From Podarcis cretensis (Eukaryota), in NCBI GenBank assembly GCA_951804945.1, contig OX638153.1:58342001-58406000 (forward strand): a stretch of 64,000 nucleotides of DNA, read 5' to 3'. The position numbers were made by a program, and so were the translations under genes. Within the stretch, counting starts at the first letter, position 1. The number at the start of each line of letters is the position of its first letter. Under the pieces are notes generated by a model. The model had not been told where the DNA came from and searched no databases. It saw only the letters and a program-made list of their open reading frames with translations. Positions 1 to 12,900 of the stretch are shown piece by piece.

Positions 1-165
1 CCCTATTTATCTACTTGCATCCGGAGGTGCTTTCGAACTGCTAGGTTGGCAGGCGCTGGGACCGAGCAGCGGGAGCGCACCCCGCCGCAGGGATTCGAAC
101 CGCCGACCTTTCGATCGGCAAGTCCTAGGCGCTGAGGCTTTAACCCACAGCGCCACCTGCGTCCC
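1..165 (-). mobile_element. Sauria SINE (Squam1/POM-type), 5' tRNA-related head; cut off by the window edge
   Basis: The reverse complement starts GGGACGCAGGTGGCGCTGTGGGTTAAA, carries a Pol III B-box GGTTCGAATCC, then ...CCAACCTAGCAGTTCGAAAGCA...GCAAGTAGATAAATAGG. The same sequence recurs at about 18980-19090. Confidence 0.85.
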
Positions 166-2081
166 TTCTCTGGATATATACTTGTATAAATAAGATGCTA
201 TTGAAGTGAACTAGTTAACTAGCTTTTAAGGTTCAAAACTGTGAATATTTTAAAATGTACCACTTTTGTTCCTTTTTAAATTCCTAGGAAATAAATATGA
301 GCCAGGAAGACTTCCTTCTTTCATAGACTCTGTTTAATAGATAAAACCTAGTGCTCTTAAAATAATCTAGGTTGCTTCTTTTTATTTTACAAGAATCTGG
401 CTATATTAATCTTAGATGATTTTGAAAATCTTTTATCATTTTCATGCACATGGGCTTTTATACATGCCGTTGTATGATACTGAAGTATTTTAACTGTAAT
501 CTTTTTAATAAATGAATAATTTGAAATTAAGAAAAAGAAGTGGCCATTGACTTTGCTTTGTGTTTTCGTGAAGTTTTGATGCCCATCTCTGCAGTGACAC
601 ATGCTGTTGTAGCATTTTTAGATATGGCTCAAAATAATAAATAGATAGGTTATATTATGAAGTCAATACTGTGCTTCAGCATGGTAAGAAAAGTACCGTT
701 TCATATTGTCCCCTTCCACCACCCTTATAGGAATTGCTTATTTGTTTCTTTAAAACTTGCCTTAAAAGCTAGAGTTAGACACATGAGTGCCTGTATTTTT
801 AATTTGTAGGAAACAAACTCATTTCCTATAGCACTGGATCAGATGACTAGGGAGACTACCTGTAAAGATTATTACATTCCCACACTCTCCCTTTAATTGA
901 TGATAATGTAAATTACTGTCATATTTGTGCAAACATAAGCCTCTTACAAATAAAATCTTCAGTTACATGAAACTTCTTAAAAGCTAGGAAAACGCAGTTT
1001 GCATTGCTGGTTTGTTGCAGTGTGTTTGAATGTTCAGAGAGCAGATCATTGACACAGTTCTTCAGGGCTCAAGCCATTCTCTATAGTTTGGTGAACTAGT
1101 CTGAGGTTTGTTTCTGTTTGGCATTGCTTCCTGATTCTTTTCAAAACCTTAACATTGCAAAAGGTGTATTTTGGCCATAAGTGTGTTGTTTTTCTTGAGA
1201 TGAGAGAATGGAGTCTGTTAAATGATTTAATTGGGTGTTGAGCCCATAATTTTTGTAAAGAAGTTTACATTTTCTTTTGCACGAGCTATGTCAGTTTTCA
1301 TACTAGTGCTTTTTGAAGGAGCTGAGATTTATAATCTGACAAACTGCATTTATGAAATCGGGATGCTGACGGTCCCTTTACAGTTGCAAGGCTCTTGAAC
1401 TCATCTATCACTTACAAAGGTTATTGGAAAGGGACTATAGGAATTTTACTCTCCTGCAACCATTAGATTGGCATTTATTTCCCTCCTTCTCTTTAATCCA
1501 TACTGTGGCAGAGTCGCAAAAGTAATTCAAATGCATTTTTTCAGCCCTTACTTGCTTACCCCCTGCAGTGTCCCACAAGATTATGAAATCCAATTTGGGC
1601 ACAAAAACCTCTCCCCTGGACTACCAGGAAACATAACATCAGCCTGCCAAAGTACCTAGAATGTTGTGTTTGACCTTATAGATTGTCCTTGAGGTACTTA
1701 CGGAATTAGTTGCAAACTGACTCTGCTGCTTCTGTGTCTCAGTTTTATAGACCAGAAATGCTCATGTCAGGCTATACATGTTTAATCCCTACCAGCTCAT
1801 TTCATTTCTCTTCTCATCTCCCTCTGCCCCTGTTCCAGATATCCTTGTCTATTGCATAAGTCCTACTTGTTTGGAAGAGATTTGTTTGTCACCAGAAGCT
1901 CTGCTAAAATAGGGAATGCGCATGACAAGACATTTGTAACTGCTTTTCTCCCCCCAAAGCAAGCATGCAATTTTCCTTATTGGTTGCAGGTTTTAAAGGC
2001 AATAGGATGTTTTAAAGACCAATTCTGGCCTCTGGGATAATGACAAGTGTTTTGCCTGCATAAACAATATATATTTTTTCC

Positions 2082-2907
2082 NNNNNNNNNNNNNNNNNNN
2101 NNNNNNNNNNNNNNNNNNNNNNNNNNNNNNNNNNNNNNNNNNNNNNNNNNNNNNNNNNNNNNNNNNNNNNNNNNNNNNNNNNNNNNNNNNNNNNNNNNNN
2201 NNNNNNNNNNNNNNNNNNNNNNNNNNNNNNNNNNNNNNNNNNNNNNNNNNNNNNNNNNNNNAGCCTTGCGCTTGGGGGCTTTGTGCAAAGGAGATGCTCA
2301 GCTGTNNNNNNNNNNNNNNNNNNNNNNNNNNNNNNNNNNNNNNNNNNNNNNNNNNNNNNNNNNNNNNNNNNNNNNNNNNNNNNNNNNNNNNNNNNNNNNN
2401 NNNNNNNNNNNNNNNNNNNNNNNNNNNNNNNNNNNNNNNNNNNNNNNNNNNNNNNNNNNNNNNNNNNNNNNNNNNNNNNNNNNNNNNNNNNNNNNNNNNN
2501 NNNNNNNNNNNNNNNNNNNNNNNNNNNNNNNNNNNNNNNNNNNNNNNNNNNNNNNNNNNNNNNNNNNNNNNNNNNNNNNNNNNNNNNNNNNNNNNNNNNN
2601 NNNNNNNNNNNNNACAGCCGACCAGCACACGACGACAATTAATCAGTTTCTGCATACTAGCTTGAACGCACAAGGCCCAGAAATGAACTCCTTTTNNNNN
2701 NNNNNNNNNNNNNNNNNNNNNNNNNNNNNNNNNNNNNNNNNNNNNNNNNNNNNNNNNNNNNNNNNNNNNNNNNNNNNNNNNNNNNNNNNNNNNNNNNNNN
2801 NNNNNNNNNNNNNNNNNNNNNNNNNNNNNNNNNNNNNNNNNNNNNNNNNNNNNNNNNNNNNNNNNNNNNNNNNNNNNNNNNNNNNNNNNNNNNNNNNNNN
2901 NNNNNNN
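2082..2907. other. Cluster of three N-runs (2082-2261, 2306-2613, 2696-2907) separated by 44-nt and 82-nt islands of unique sequence
   Basis: Directly visible; lengths 180, 308 and 212 nt. Confidence 0.99.
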
Positions 2908-3034
2908 TAAAAAGTGCTCTCTGCATAGACATGGTTCCTCTCTCACACACAGATAGACATTTGAAAAAGTGCTGCATCTGTATGGCTTTATAATTAGTGC
3001 TGGCAAGTACAGTCTTTTCCTCCTCCCACCCTCA

Positions 3035-3076
3035 GAAGAAGAAGAAGAAGAAGAAGAAGAAGAAGAAGAAGAAGAA
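3035..3076 (+). repeat. (GAA)14 microsatellite
   Basis: Perfect GAA run; produces the spurious poly-E in ORF 2969..3226. Confidence 0.95.
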
Positions 3077-5744
3077 AAGCATCGACGTAGTTGGCATGGT
3101 TATTGTGATATCTGTTGTGAGATGAGGGGCTGTCTTAAAAGGTGGTTCTGTTCAGCTGATAGTCCTTTGGAATGCTTTCATCCATCCATTGCATCTGATT
3201 CCAGCATTTGTTTGGATGGTTTATAGGCATGAAAGTTGCAATATCACAGTTAAATTGCTTCAGTGCGACTATGAGGACATTTTAGGTAGGGGTGGCCGCT
3301 GAGTTTCCTATATCATTGATATTAATAAATTGTGTATTGGGTTTAGGGGTAGTACCAAGCGTTGGGGTAGCTATGTTGCCATGCAAGTGAATTCTGTTAA
3401 TTACAAGTCTTCTCACACAAATGGAATTTGTCAAGGGTCTCTTTTAGACACTTAACTGTCTAAGATTAGAACATAGGATTGTCTCAAAAACATGCTCCTG
3501 TTAGCATTGTAAAAGAGAAGTGATCTTTACCTTGCTGCTGATAGTTCAAGTGTGCCTAACTGTTAAGATAAGAATTTCAAACCCCATTCACATGCTCAGC
3601 TTTCCCAGAATTTTCTGTACTAGAATCATGATTAAGTTCCATGGAAATGTTGTTTCACAAGAGAGGCCAAGGAAGCTCATACTTCTTTTCAGACTTTCCT
3701 TACAGATATGTTACATATCCAATGCTTGCTTATAGGAGGCATTTTTATTGTGGGATTTTGTGTGTGTCCTCCATTCTTCACTGCCCCACATAATCCCACT
3801 GTCTTTCTGATAAGCATTTGGTGATCATGGGATAATTCCAGACATTACCTTCTACGAGTACCATGTGGGTTGAGCTCAAGGGTTGAGCTGTCATTCTGGA
3901 AATGTTGGCTTGCTGAGTGCTAGATGTGGGGGAAGATTACCAGAGCACATACTATGAGGTAAACTGGTCTCAAAAAAGACCTGATTAATTGTGCCTTGTG
4001 CTTCATGCCTGAAATTGTACTGCTTGTGTGAGAGATTCCACATATCTTGCTTTTGTAAAAATATTTGTCAAATGAGAGCAGCCTGGTGAAAAGAAAGCAT
4101 TCAATCTAGTACGATCAAGAGCTGTCAGGGTTTTCACCCACATCTTTTGGGGTGGGCTGTGGGGAGGCTTCTGCTTTCTCCCTCCCATGTGATTTTACTG
4201 CAGTTTTGATTTCTTTGATGCTGTATTCTGTCTTCACAGTTTTAGAATTTCACTCAAAACATTCCTTTATTGGTCAATAGAGGGCACCAGCAATTCCTAA
4301 TTTTTGCTTCCAAGGGCCCAGACCCTAGGTCCCAAAGAGTGCTATGAAAACCTGATGAGCAGTTCAGTGAGGAGTGATGCCTGCAGATGTACTTATTTAT
4401 TTCACCTTTGAAATGCATAGCAGAATCTAAAGATTGCAAAGAATTTCCTGTGTTCTAAAGCTTGTTGTCCACATGGAAACCAGATTTCCAGTTTCCAAGC
4501 AATCGGTTCCATCTTTGCTGCTTCTTAAGGAGCATAATCTTTTCCAGTTTTCATCCTTTGCCAAGCGTAACTTAACTTGCTGACAAAAGTGCATGAGCAG
4601 CGCTCCTTTTTAATAGTCTGCTGTGTTGGTGCAGTAGAATGGGGCGACGGCAAGCTGTGAGCCACCATATGCACTTGGCAGTCATTGTCTGGTCTTTGTT
4701 CAGCCAACCTCTTAGTCTTGCCACCTATAAAGATAATGAATAAAACAAAGGTTTCAAATTAGCTGTTTAGTTTCAAGGAAGAAATTGGTAAACTTGAAGC
4801 ATGTTGGGACAGGCAACATAAAGGCTGTTGAATTCCATGGCATTTGGTAATGCATTTATCCTAGAAGGAAGGCGAAGGAGAGAGAAAAAAGGGAGCATGC
4901 GCTTCAAATATATGTTATTATTCTTGGTGCTGCCACTTGTTAGTACTGTATTCAGGTACCACCCTAAAAGTATAATGTATGTACTAGTTTTACTTTTTCT
5001 TCTTCTCTACTTGTGTTATTAATTCCATATTTCCCACCCATATTTTAACCTTTTCATAGACTTATGTCCTTCATCATTAGTCAGTCTGTTTCCAGTTTCA
5101 GATCGTTCCTTAAAACATACTCTATAAGTAGATTGACCAAGACAGTGGATGGTGCTTTGTCTACCCTTTCCTATCCAAACTCGATTCATGGTAACTCAGT
5201 CTTTACCATTTGGGTTAGCCAAAATACTTGTTGGGTAGAAATCCTGTCTGTTTTTATATCCTATATAACATTCTTTATTTATACCAAAGTCTTCAACTGT
5301 AAAAGAGCTTCTGGAACAGCTAGTATCAGTACGTAGCAAATATATCAGCTTGCTAAACTATATTGTAACAGTGGCATGGTATTTTGGAGTTCCTCTGTGT
5401 TCCTCTTAGTATTTAGGTTGCAACTCACAGGACTAATTTGGGTCTTTCCACAAAGTCACTGCTTCCAGGAGCTGTTTGCATGCTACATTTCTAAGTCCCA
5501 TAAAAATATTTTTTAAACATTGTGATCCTTAATTTTGTAACATACAGTTGCTAGCATATAAAGTCCGGAACAACTCTGGATTCAAGTACCTAAAAGGAAT
5601 GTCTCCCAAATAACTACCCAAACCATGTATTACGATCAGTGGGTGATGCCTTGCTTTCTGACCCATCTGTGGGCATGGCAGTTAGGACAACGACATGTGA
5701 CAAGTCATTCTTAGTGACTGTGCCCATTTATACAATCTCAGAAA

Positions 5745-5900
5745 AATAGAATTGTAGAGGTGGAAGTGATTCAAGGATCACTCTAGTCCAACCCCCTGCA
5801 GTGCAGGAATCACAACTAAAGAATGCCTGATAGATGGCTAGCTAACACCTTTTTAAAAACTTACAGTGAAGGAGAGCCCACCACCTTCCAAGGTGGTCTG
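5745..5900 (-). mobile_element. Degenerate CR1-type LINE 3' end, apparently interrupting an old L2-like fragment (about 5558-5990)
   Basis: atagaattgtagaggtggaag...ctagtccaaccccctgc resembles the reverse complement of a CR1 3' terminus. Recognised by eye; boundaries approximate. Confidence 0.5.
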
Positions 5901-6009
5901 CTTTTCCTAAACAACATTTGGTTGGCACCCATAGTTGATACATTTAAATAAAGGCTGAAGACATTTTTATTTGTCCAGGCTTTTTGATCTTAATGGAAAC
6001 ATTAAGGAT

Positions 6010-6645
6010 AAGTATTAGGACCTGTTCATAACTTGATCATAAATGATCTAGAGTTAGGAGTGAACAGAGAGGTGGCCAAATTTGCTGATGATACTAAATT
6101 GCTCAGGGTTGTTAAAACAAAAAGAAAATGTGAAGAGCTCCAAAAGGACATCTCCAAACTGAGTGAATGGTCAATAAAATGGAAAACGCAGTTCAATGCA
6201 AAGTGTAAAGTCAAGGCAAAAAAGATTCATAATTTCACATATATGCTCAGGAGATCTGTCTGTGGCTGACCAGGAATGAGGGATCCTAGTAGATATCTCA
6301 ATGAAGATGTTCACCTCAGTGTGCAGCAGCTGTGAAAAAGGCAAATTCAATGCTAGGGAGCATTAGGAAGGGAATTGAAATCAAATAAGGTGGTTATACA
6401 AATCTATGGTACAGCCACATTTGGAATACTGTGTGCAGTGCTAGTTTCCTCACACGAAATAAGACCTTGTAGAGTTGGAAAAGGTTCAGAAAAAGGCAAC
6501 CAAAATGATTGTGGTAGTTGGGATTTCCCAATTTAGAGAGAAGGCAAATAAGAGGTGACATGAAGTTTATAAATAGATAGAAAAAAGTTGTTCTCCCTCT
6601 CCCATAACATTGGAAGTCATGGATATCCAATGAAGTTGAATGTTC
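6010..6645 (+). mobile_element. CR1 LINE ORF2 (reverse transcriptase) fragment, decayed
   Basis: Translation INDLELGVNREVAKFADDTKLLRVVKTKRKCEELQKDISKLSEWSIKWKTQFNAKCKV contains the CR1 RT FADD motif. Downstream are gccacatttggaatactgtgtgcag and ttggaaaaggttcagaaaaaggcaac motifs, with stops and frameshifts. Confidence 0.9.
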
Positions 6646-7152
6646 AGCAGACTCTTCTTAGGTTCTTAACGTTCATTATCAAAGTCATTGAAGTGGAAGT
6701 AATTCCATTGTATTAAACCCTAGTATTGTTGTGAGCCAGGGCATCCCACTTTAGTTATGTAGAAGAGTTCAGATCCAGCATTATGGAAGTGCTTGGACAC
6801 ATGCTGGGAATACAAAAAATCTGACTTTGTAATATTTTGAAAGTCTTGTTTAATTAGACGGGTATCTGTCATGAAGGAATATGTCTAGGGTCTGTTTATA
6901 GTGGCTTGCTCTTTTTCATGATACTGGATATGTCACAGGCTATGTCTATGGCAGACACTCATTCCAATTTATCCAATTGCGTGCCAGACAAAATAAAAAA
7001 TATTGACGCGTCTTAACAAAAAGAATTCAAAGGAAGTGAAAACTCATAGGTAATGTTGCTGAAAACATCAGATTTTTTGCTTTCTTAGATCAGTGTTGAA
7101 AGGAAAATATCTGAATTAATGATTTCCACCTTTTCCCCTCTCATCTGCATAG

Positions 7153-7230
7153 AATTCATCTGAGAGAGAAGACTGTAGCAATGACGAGCCCCCCAGGAAG
7201 ATCATTCCCGAGAAGAATGCACTCAGGCAG
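7153..7230 (+). CDS. BTRC: BTRC coding exon (human exon 3 equivalent), 78 nt, phase 0/0: [26 protein letters not shown]
   Basis: Pyrimidine tract plus catag acceptor ending at 7152; donor CAG|gtatgc at 7231; peptide closely matches the beta-TrCP1 N-terminal region. Confidence 0.95.
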
Positions 7231-9901
7231 GTATGCACTGAATTTAGGTGTGCAAAACCCACCCAGCCCCTTTACTTGAATGACCTAGAGTCCTTTGACA
7301 TCCCTTGCAACTTGGAAAGATACAAAACACATAAAGGAATTATTATTATTTTTCCCTCCCTCCCTCCCTCCCTCCCTCCCTCCCTCCCTCCCTCCCTCCC
7401 TCCCTCCCTCTCTCTTTCCTGAAGGAGTATATAAGTTTTCAAGTTACAACAATCATTCTTTGGAAGGCACCTTGGAGCTAATTCACATCTTTCCAGAGCA
7501 GTATGCAAGCTTACTTTCTTATGTATCGTACATTGCTCCAGTAATGTGCCTTAGAGAGCAGTCTTGTGGGTCAAGCAGGTGGTGTGATTCTTTGCTGAGC
7601 TAGTAATGGATGGATACTGAATTCCTTGTCATGTGCTGTACAAGAGATCCACGTATTCTGCAACCACCCTTGACCTCTTGGGGAATAGGAAGTTTGTATT
7701 ACTATCAGGCAAGTTTTCAGACCAATAGGCCTTGATTCTTATGTGTGTGGCCATAACTAAAGGAACAAACATTCAGTTATATTCCTAATCTAAACTTGAA
7801 CCAGAACAGAAGAAAGGTGAGCTAATAGGCTTTTCAGTTAATACAGAATTGGCTGCTAATTTAAAAAGTGATTATTGGAATTTAGACGCACTCCCTTACA
7901 CACAAGGGTTATTGATGGTTTATGCCATAGTCTTAACCTTCAGCTGCTGTTACCAGTTTGCAGACAGTAGCATTCTGGTTAGTGAGGCCTGGTAGCTGGC
8001 ATCAACAGGGTGCAGCTGAGATTTTCTTGGACAGTAAATAAAGAAGAGGTATTACTTGGCTGAATTCATTGGAAAAGCAAAGTCAGTCCAAATTGGCCTG
8101 CAGGCTATATCTTTGAGATCAGATATGCTTCCAGCCATGTATTTGTGAAATCAATGCTCCTCAGATATGCATTTTCTTATTTCTTTTTTTTTTTTTCAGG
8201 ATCCACACAACACTGTTGGCATCAACATTTCAACCAATATCACTATCCCACCCTCCCTTTAATCTAGATTTTCCGTTTCTGGGAAAGATCCAATATTAAG
8301 GGGTTTTGTGTGTGTGATATTGCATAAAGGATAAAGCTGTTGCCATTGATCCATTTGTGATATCTCAATATCCTGTTGGTAAATAAATTCCCTGTCTGGA
8401 TAGTCCCATAGGGACCTAGAAGGAATCGAGAAAGTAATGTGTTTCTTTTCTGAAAAACAGTTCTATTTTCTTCTTTGAATGCAAACGTATATTATCTTCT
8501 GCTTTGCTCAGGAGAGGGCAAATTTGTTGTGTGGGGGGGAGGGGGAAATAAGGCTGGACATCCAGCCACTCCTTAAACTTCCTATTGTCCTTTTATTTAG
8601 TAAAATGACCCTAAAATTCACAACAATCATTCTCACTCATGAAAGGACAGCATCAGTATGTGATCTGCAAGTACATGGGTTAGAGAACTTTTGCAAGCAT
8701 CATCTGCTTGATCTATGTACACATGGCAAGTATACAGCACTGCTTATTATGCATTGCAGAATGAAAACACATTTCCACATGGAGGTGTAACCTATGGTGG
8801 CCTTTATTTTGGCTCCATGCATTTAAAGTGTAAGACTTCTCCCAAATAATCTTGGGAACTGTAGCTGACCTCCTACAGAGCTACAGCTAAAGTTTCCAGG
8901 AATCTTTACGGGAAGTCATGTACTTTAGGGGAAGTCATGTACTTCAAATGTTTAGTGGGTACCTTTGACCACTTCCCATTACTCTTGCATAGAAGCAGTG
9001 GCGGAGCTTCATGTTCCGGCACCGGGGGGCGGAGAGCAGGCAGGGGCGGGGCTGGCGTGCATCCTGGGGGTGTGGCATGTCGCCTGCGGGGGCATGGTGC
9101 CCAGCACAGGCAGGGGGGCAGCTGCAATGGCACCCACCAGGATCACACTGCCGGGGACAGTGTGCTCCTCCCACACTTCGCTTCCTCCGCCAGTGCATAG
9201 ACGAAGCCAGCAGAGAGAAACATAACCTAGTTTAAAGCCATGTACCGTTTAGAGAAGTAAATATAATTAGGTCTTATTAGCATGTATTCTGTGAAGAAAG
9301 ACTTGGGGGGAAATTGAATGCTGGGGGGCCGTGGGTGGGGGAGGTTGTGTGGATGTGTGTTTGCAGCCTTGGAAAACCATGACAAGGGGACAAAGTTTTT
9401 GGCAACTATGTTTAAGCTAACAAACGAATTTTNNNNNNNNNNNNNNNNNNNNNNNNNNNNNNNNNNNNNNNNNNNNNNNNNNNNNNNNNNNNNNNNNNNN
9501 NNNNNNNNNNNNNNNNNNNNNNNNNNNNNNNNNNNNNNNNNNNNNNNNNNNNNNNNNNNNNNNNGAGTGCCCATTAAGTCCGGTGAATACAGATGGACCG
9601 GCAGGTCACACATGGGACTAATCTGATTCATTTTAAAAATAAATGTGTGAATTATTGAATCAGTCTCCTGGTTTGACTCCTGTTTTGTGCATGTGTGCAG
9701 TCTTTTTAAAACAGACCCTCAAATGCTTCAGTGCCTTTTTAACCTGTATGTTTCCATTTTAAATTCAACGTTCTTGCCAAAAACTGTAATTAGTTTTCAG
9801 TAGCCATCATTTAGTGTTGGATCCGAATAGTAGATTGATTAGGTCAGGCATTTGTTATTTTAAGGGCTTCGTCTCCATTTCTGAAGAGTTGGGGCTTAGT
9901 A

Positions 9902-9964
<63 letters not shown>

Positions 9965-12900
9965 GCTTTTAGAAACCAATGAGGGGGAAGCTCCCCAGGG
10001 ACCTTTGAGCCTTTTGGCTTTTGGTTGTGTTAAACAGAGCCATGAATGAAGATCTGTAAATTTATTGCAGTGCCATCTGGGTTTTCCCGTTCCTTTTTGT
10101 AGGAACCATATTATTGTTGGCTTGTATCTGTCTATTGTAGTGGTCACTCCCCAGGAGCTTGCCCTCATCCTCCAAAGGAAAGTGATGAATAGCAAGGGTC
10201 AGCAGGCATAGGTCACAGGGCAGCTGTCCGGAGCTGCCCTGAACTTGATTACCCTACTGTCTTTAAAAATATTGGCACAATGCAGGTTGTTTAAAGAAAG
10301 CTTCTCTCTCCTGTGCTCAAATGGGGTAATAATGAAGTGCCTTTTTGCTGTCAAGACTTGCTCTATGGGGTGAGTTGGGGGTGGATCTCTGTGGAGAGGA
10401 AATCGTGTCAGAAGGTGCCATGGGGATGTGCTGACGGCAGCGGGATTGCAATGATGTGCATTGCACTTTTCATTGGGATCATCTCTCCTAAGAGTTTCCC
10501 GATGGAAGGAAAGTGAGGCACCCAAGACCCTTCTCCACCCCACCCCGTCCCAGCCACCCAGCATTTTCATGAACTCTTCCTTCAGCAATTTGACACAGAG
10601 CTGCAACATTTAGAGGTTGGGGAGGACATACAAAGCCTCTGACATTTTGTGCTGCAGGATGCTTAAAAGTATGGGCAAGCCAGAGCAAAAGAGAGGCAAA
10701 AGTAAAGGAACATCGCTTCCTAGTTACTGTAGAGTAGGCTGTAGATGTTTCTGTGAGGAAAAGAGTTGGTGTCTAAGCTGTAATTTGTATCAATCTTGAA
10801 CGCTTGTTAGGAAAAAGCGACCCAGTATGAAGGAGGAATAGTTATTTCAAATGTGCTTATAATTTGCTTTTGTGTTTTCCTATCCACTATTATTATCCCA
10901 AATATCACTTGTGCAGAAATCCTTGCCTGTTCAGCAGAAATGTTGTCTTGCAGCCTAAAAACTCTGTGGTTGCCCCCTGTCCCTGTTTCAATGCTAATCG
11001 GGTCTGTCAGATGTGCGGCATTTCTGCATTCCCCCGTAATGGAGTAAATTGCTTGCGTTGTCTATTGTCCTGACCTTTTGTTTCCGTGTCCACTTACAGG
11101 CCAATGAACGTGGGTAGTGATAAATAAAGCTCTGAGCAGGACTCTCAAGTCTTTGAAAACAGCATGTTGCCATCTCCCTAGTTATATTTCTTTAAGTGTT
11201 TACGTGTATGCTGAATTCTTTTCTCTTGTGTGGCTGGAACCCTGGGGCCTCGGAGCCATGAGAGAGGCCAAGAAGCTGACAAAGTAGCTGTCCCCTTGTT
11301 AGCTTGTTCCTTTCTTTTAAAAAACAACCACAAAAAAACCACAAGATGAAACCCATCTGGCTCAGGGCATTACATTTTCCTCCCCCATGCACCTCTATAG
11401 ATGAAGAGTTTCACCTGCAGTGAGGGTTTACATTGATTAGGAAGGGTGCAGTAATTCAACTCTGGCCATCCACTTCACTGATACTTTGCAGTCTTTAAAG
11501 GTGCTGACCCATTGAGTTAAGCTGTCAAGAGGAGGATAAAAAAGGAGCTCCGTCCCAGGAGGTAACAGCTGCCAGGTTTTCAACACCTTGTGCGCTGCTG
11601 GAGAAATGTCACCAATTGTCAATGGGGAAGAAAAATGACTGACTTGCCTGCCATCTTCCCTTTTAATGACTAGCCTTATAAAATGAAGGATTTAAGCCTT
11701 GGAAGATCAGCCACCACAAGGCAAACTTTTCATTGGCAGGCAGAAAATCTAGAGCATTTTAAAGAGGTGCTACATATACAGTAGCCCTTTGGGGGAAAAG
11801 ATGCAGTTAGCCCAGTTGGCTAGGGCGACCTTTGAATAATGGTATAAGCATAAAAAGTTTGCGGAAGCCACTTGCATCCAGCGTTAGCTTATCTAGGGGG
11901 AAAGGCAGGAGGGGGAGCTATATTCATAAGCCAGTGAACTGAGAGAAAGCATACTGTATTTCTGCTCTTTGGAGGACAATTTGTTTTCAAGCTGCTACCA
12001 GATGGCTAAATACCATGACATTTCTCTTTTGTTTGGATTTTTTTTTCCTGTTTCAGTTTTTGTTTTACAAGCAATTCAGTACTCCTTGCTTTTGTCAATA
12101 TTGTTTTACTGAATAAGTTTCAGTGGCTCGGGAATGGGACACAAAGTAGCATTGTCCTTCTCCTTGTTTTGATTGATAAAAAAGGACACAAATGTTGGAA
12201 ATGGGCTGAGCATTTCCTCCCCCCATTTGTTTTTAGGTTAGTCATTTTAATTGTACTGAGTAATTAGAAGGTACATACAGCCAAGGGAGCATTGTTATGG
12301 AAATTGCTCAGGAAAACCCATTCCCCATTTGCCATCACCATGTGTTGAGACAATTCTTCCCTCTAGTGGCAAAATTAGGGACTCTGGCTCCACAGTAGGC
12401 AAGGTGTAATTGCAATATGACAAACTGAGCTTTGGGGACGTTTCTGTAAATGTTCTTGGTTTTGGCTTGGCTAGTCTATATTTTTTCTTGCTGACTTCCT
12501 GCAGAGATCTTTTCCCCTTCCCACAAGCATTCCAAGCAACAGAGACTAGACATTTTACTTTAAATATAGAAACGATAATCACAGTGGATTCTGGGTAATG
12601 CTCTGCAGCTTGACTTAATTCTCATCTTCCTTTTTTTTAATTACCTGTTTATAAAAACGCTTTTAAATTTGCAGGCATTATTTAATACTTTCGGAAGAAG
12701 CACCTCATTGGAAATAAATAAATAAATTGCCTTTTTAAAAAATAGTCTGTGTGAAAGACCTTAAGGGTAATTAATGGAGGTCTCATAAGGCCCTGTAAGT
12801 GAGATGAAAGCGATCTTTCTGAATCTGCAAGAGTGATTTGTTCGTATAACTTCCCACTTCCACTGAATTCTTCAGAGTCTAATAACTATTTTCTTACCAT

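Noticed and set aside
60-165. tRNA-like A/B boxes suggesting a tRNA gene
   Set aside because: It continues into Sauria SINE body sequence that recurs at about 19000, so it is a SINE head.
1977-3006. Long ORFs spanning N-runs (also 23778-24563 and 40646-41420)
   Set aside because: They are open only because N codons translate as X; there is no coding evidence.
6033-6269. Reverse-transcriptase-like ORF as a functional gene
   Set aside because: It is a short, disrupted CR1 remnant.
8906-9235. Overlapping GC-rich ORFs, or a CpG-island promoter
   Set aside because: Explained by a 200-bp MITE with TIRs and TSD; GC richness suppresses stop codons.
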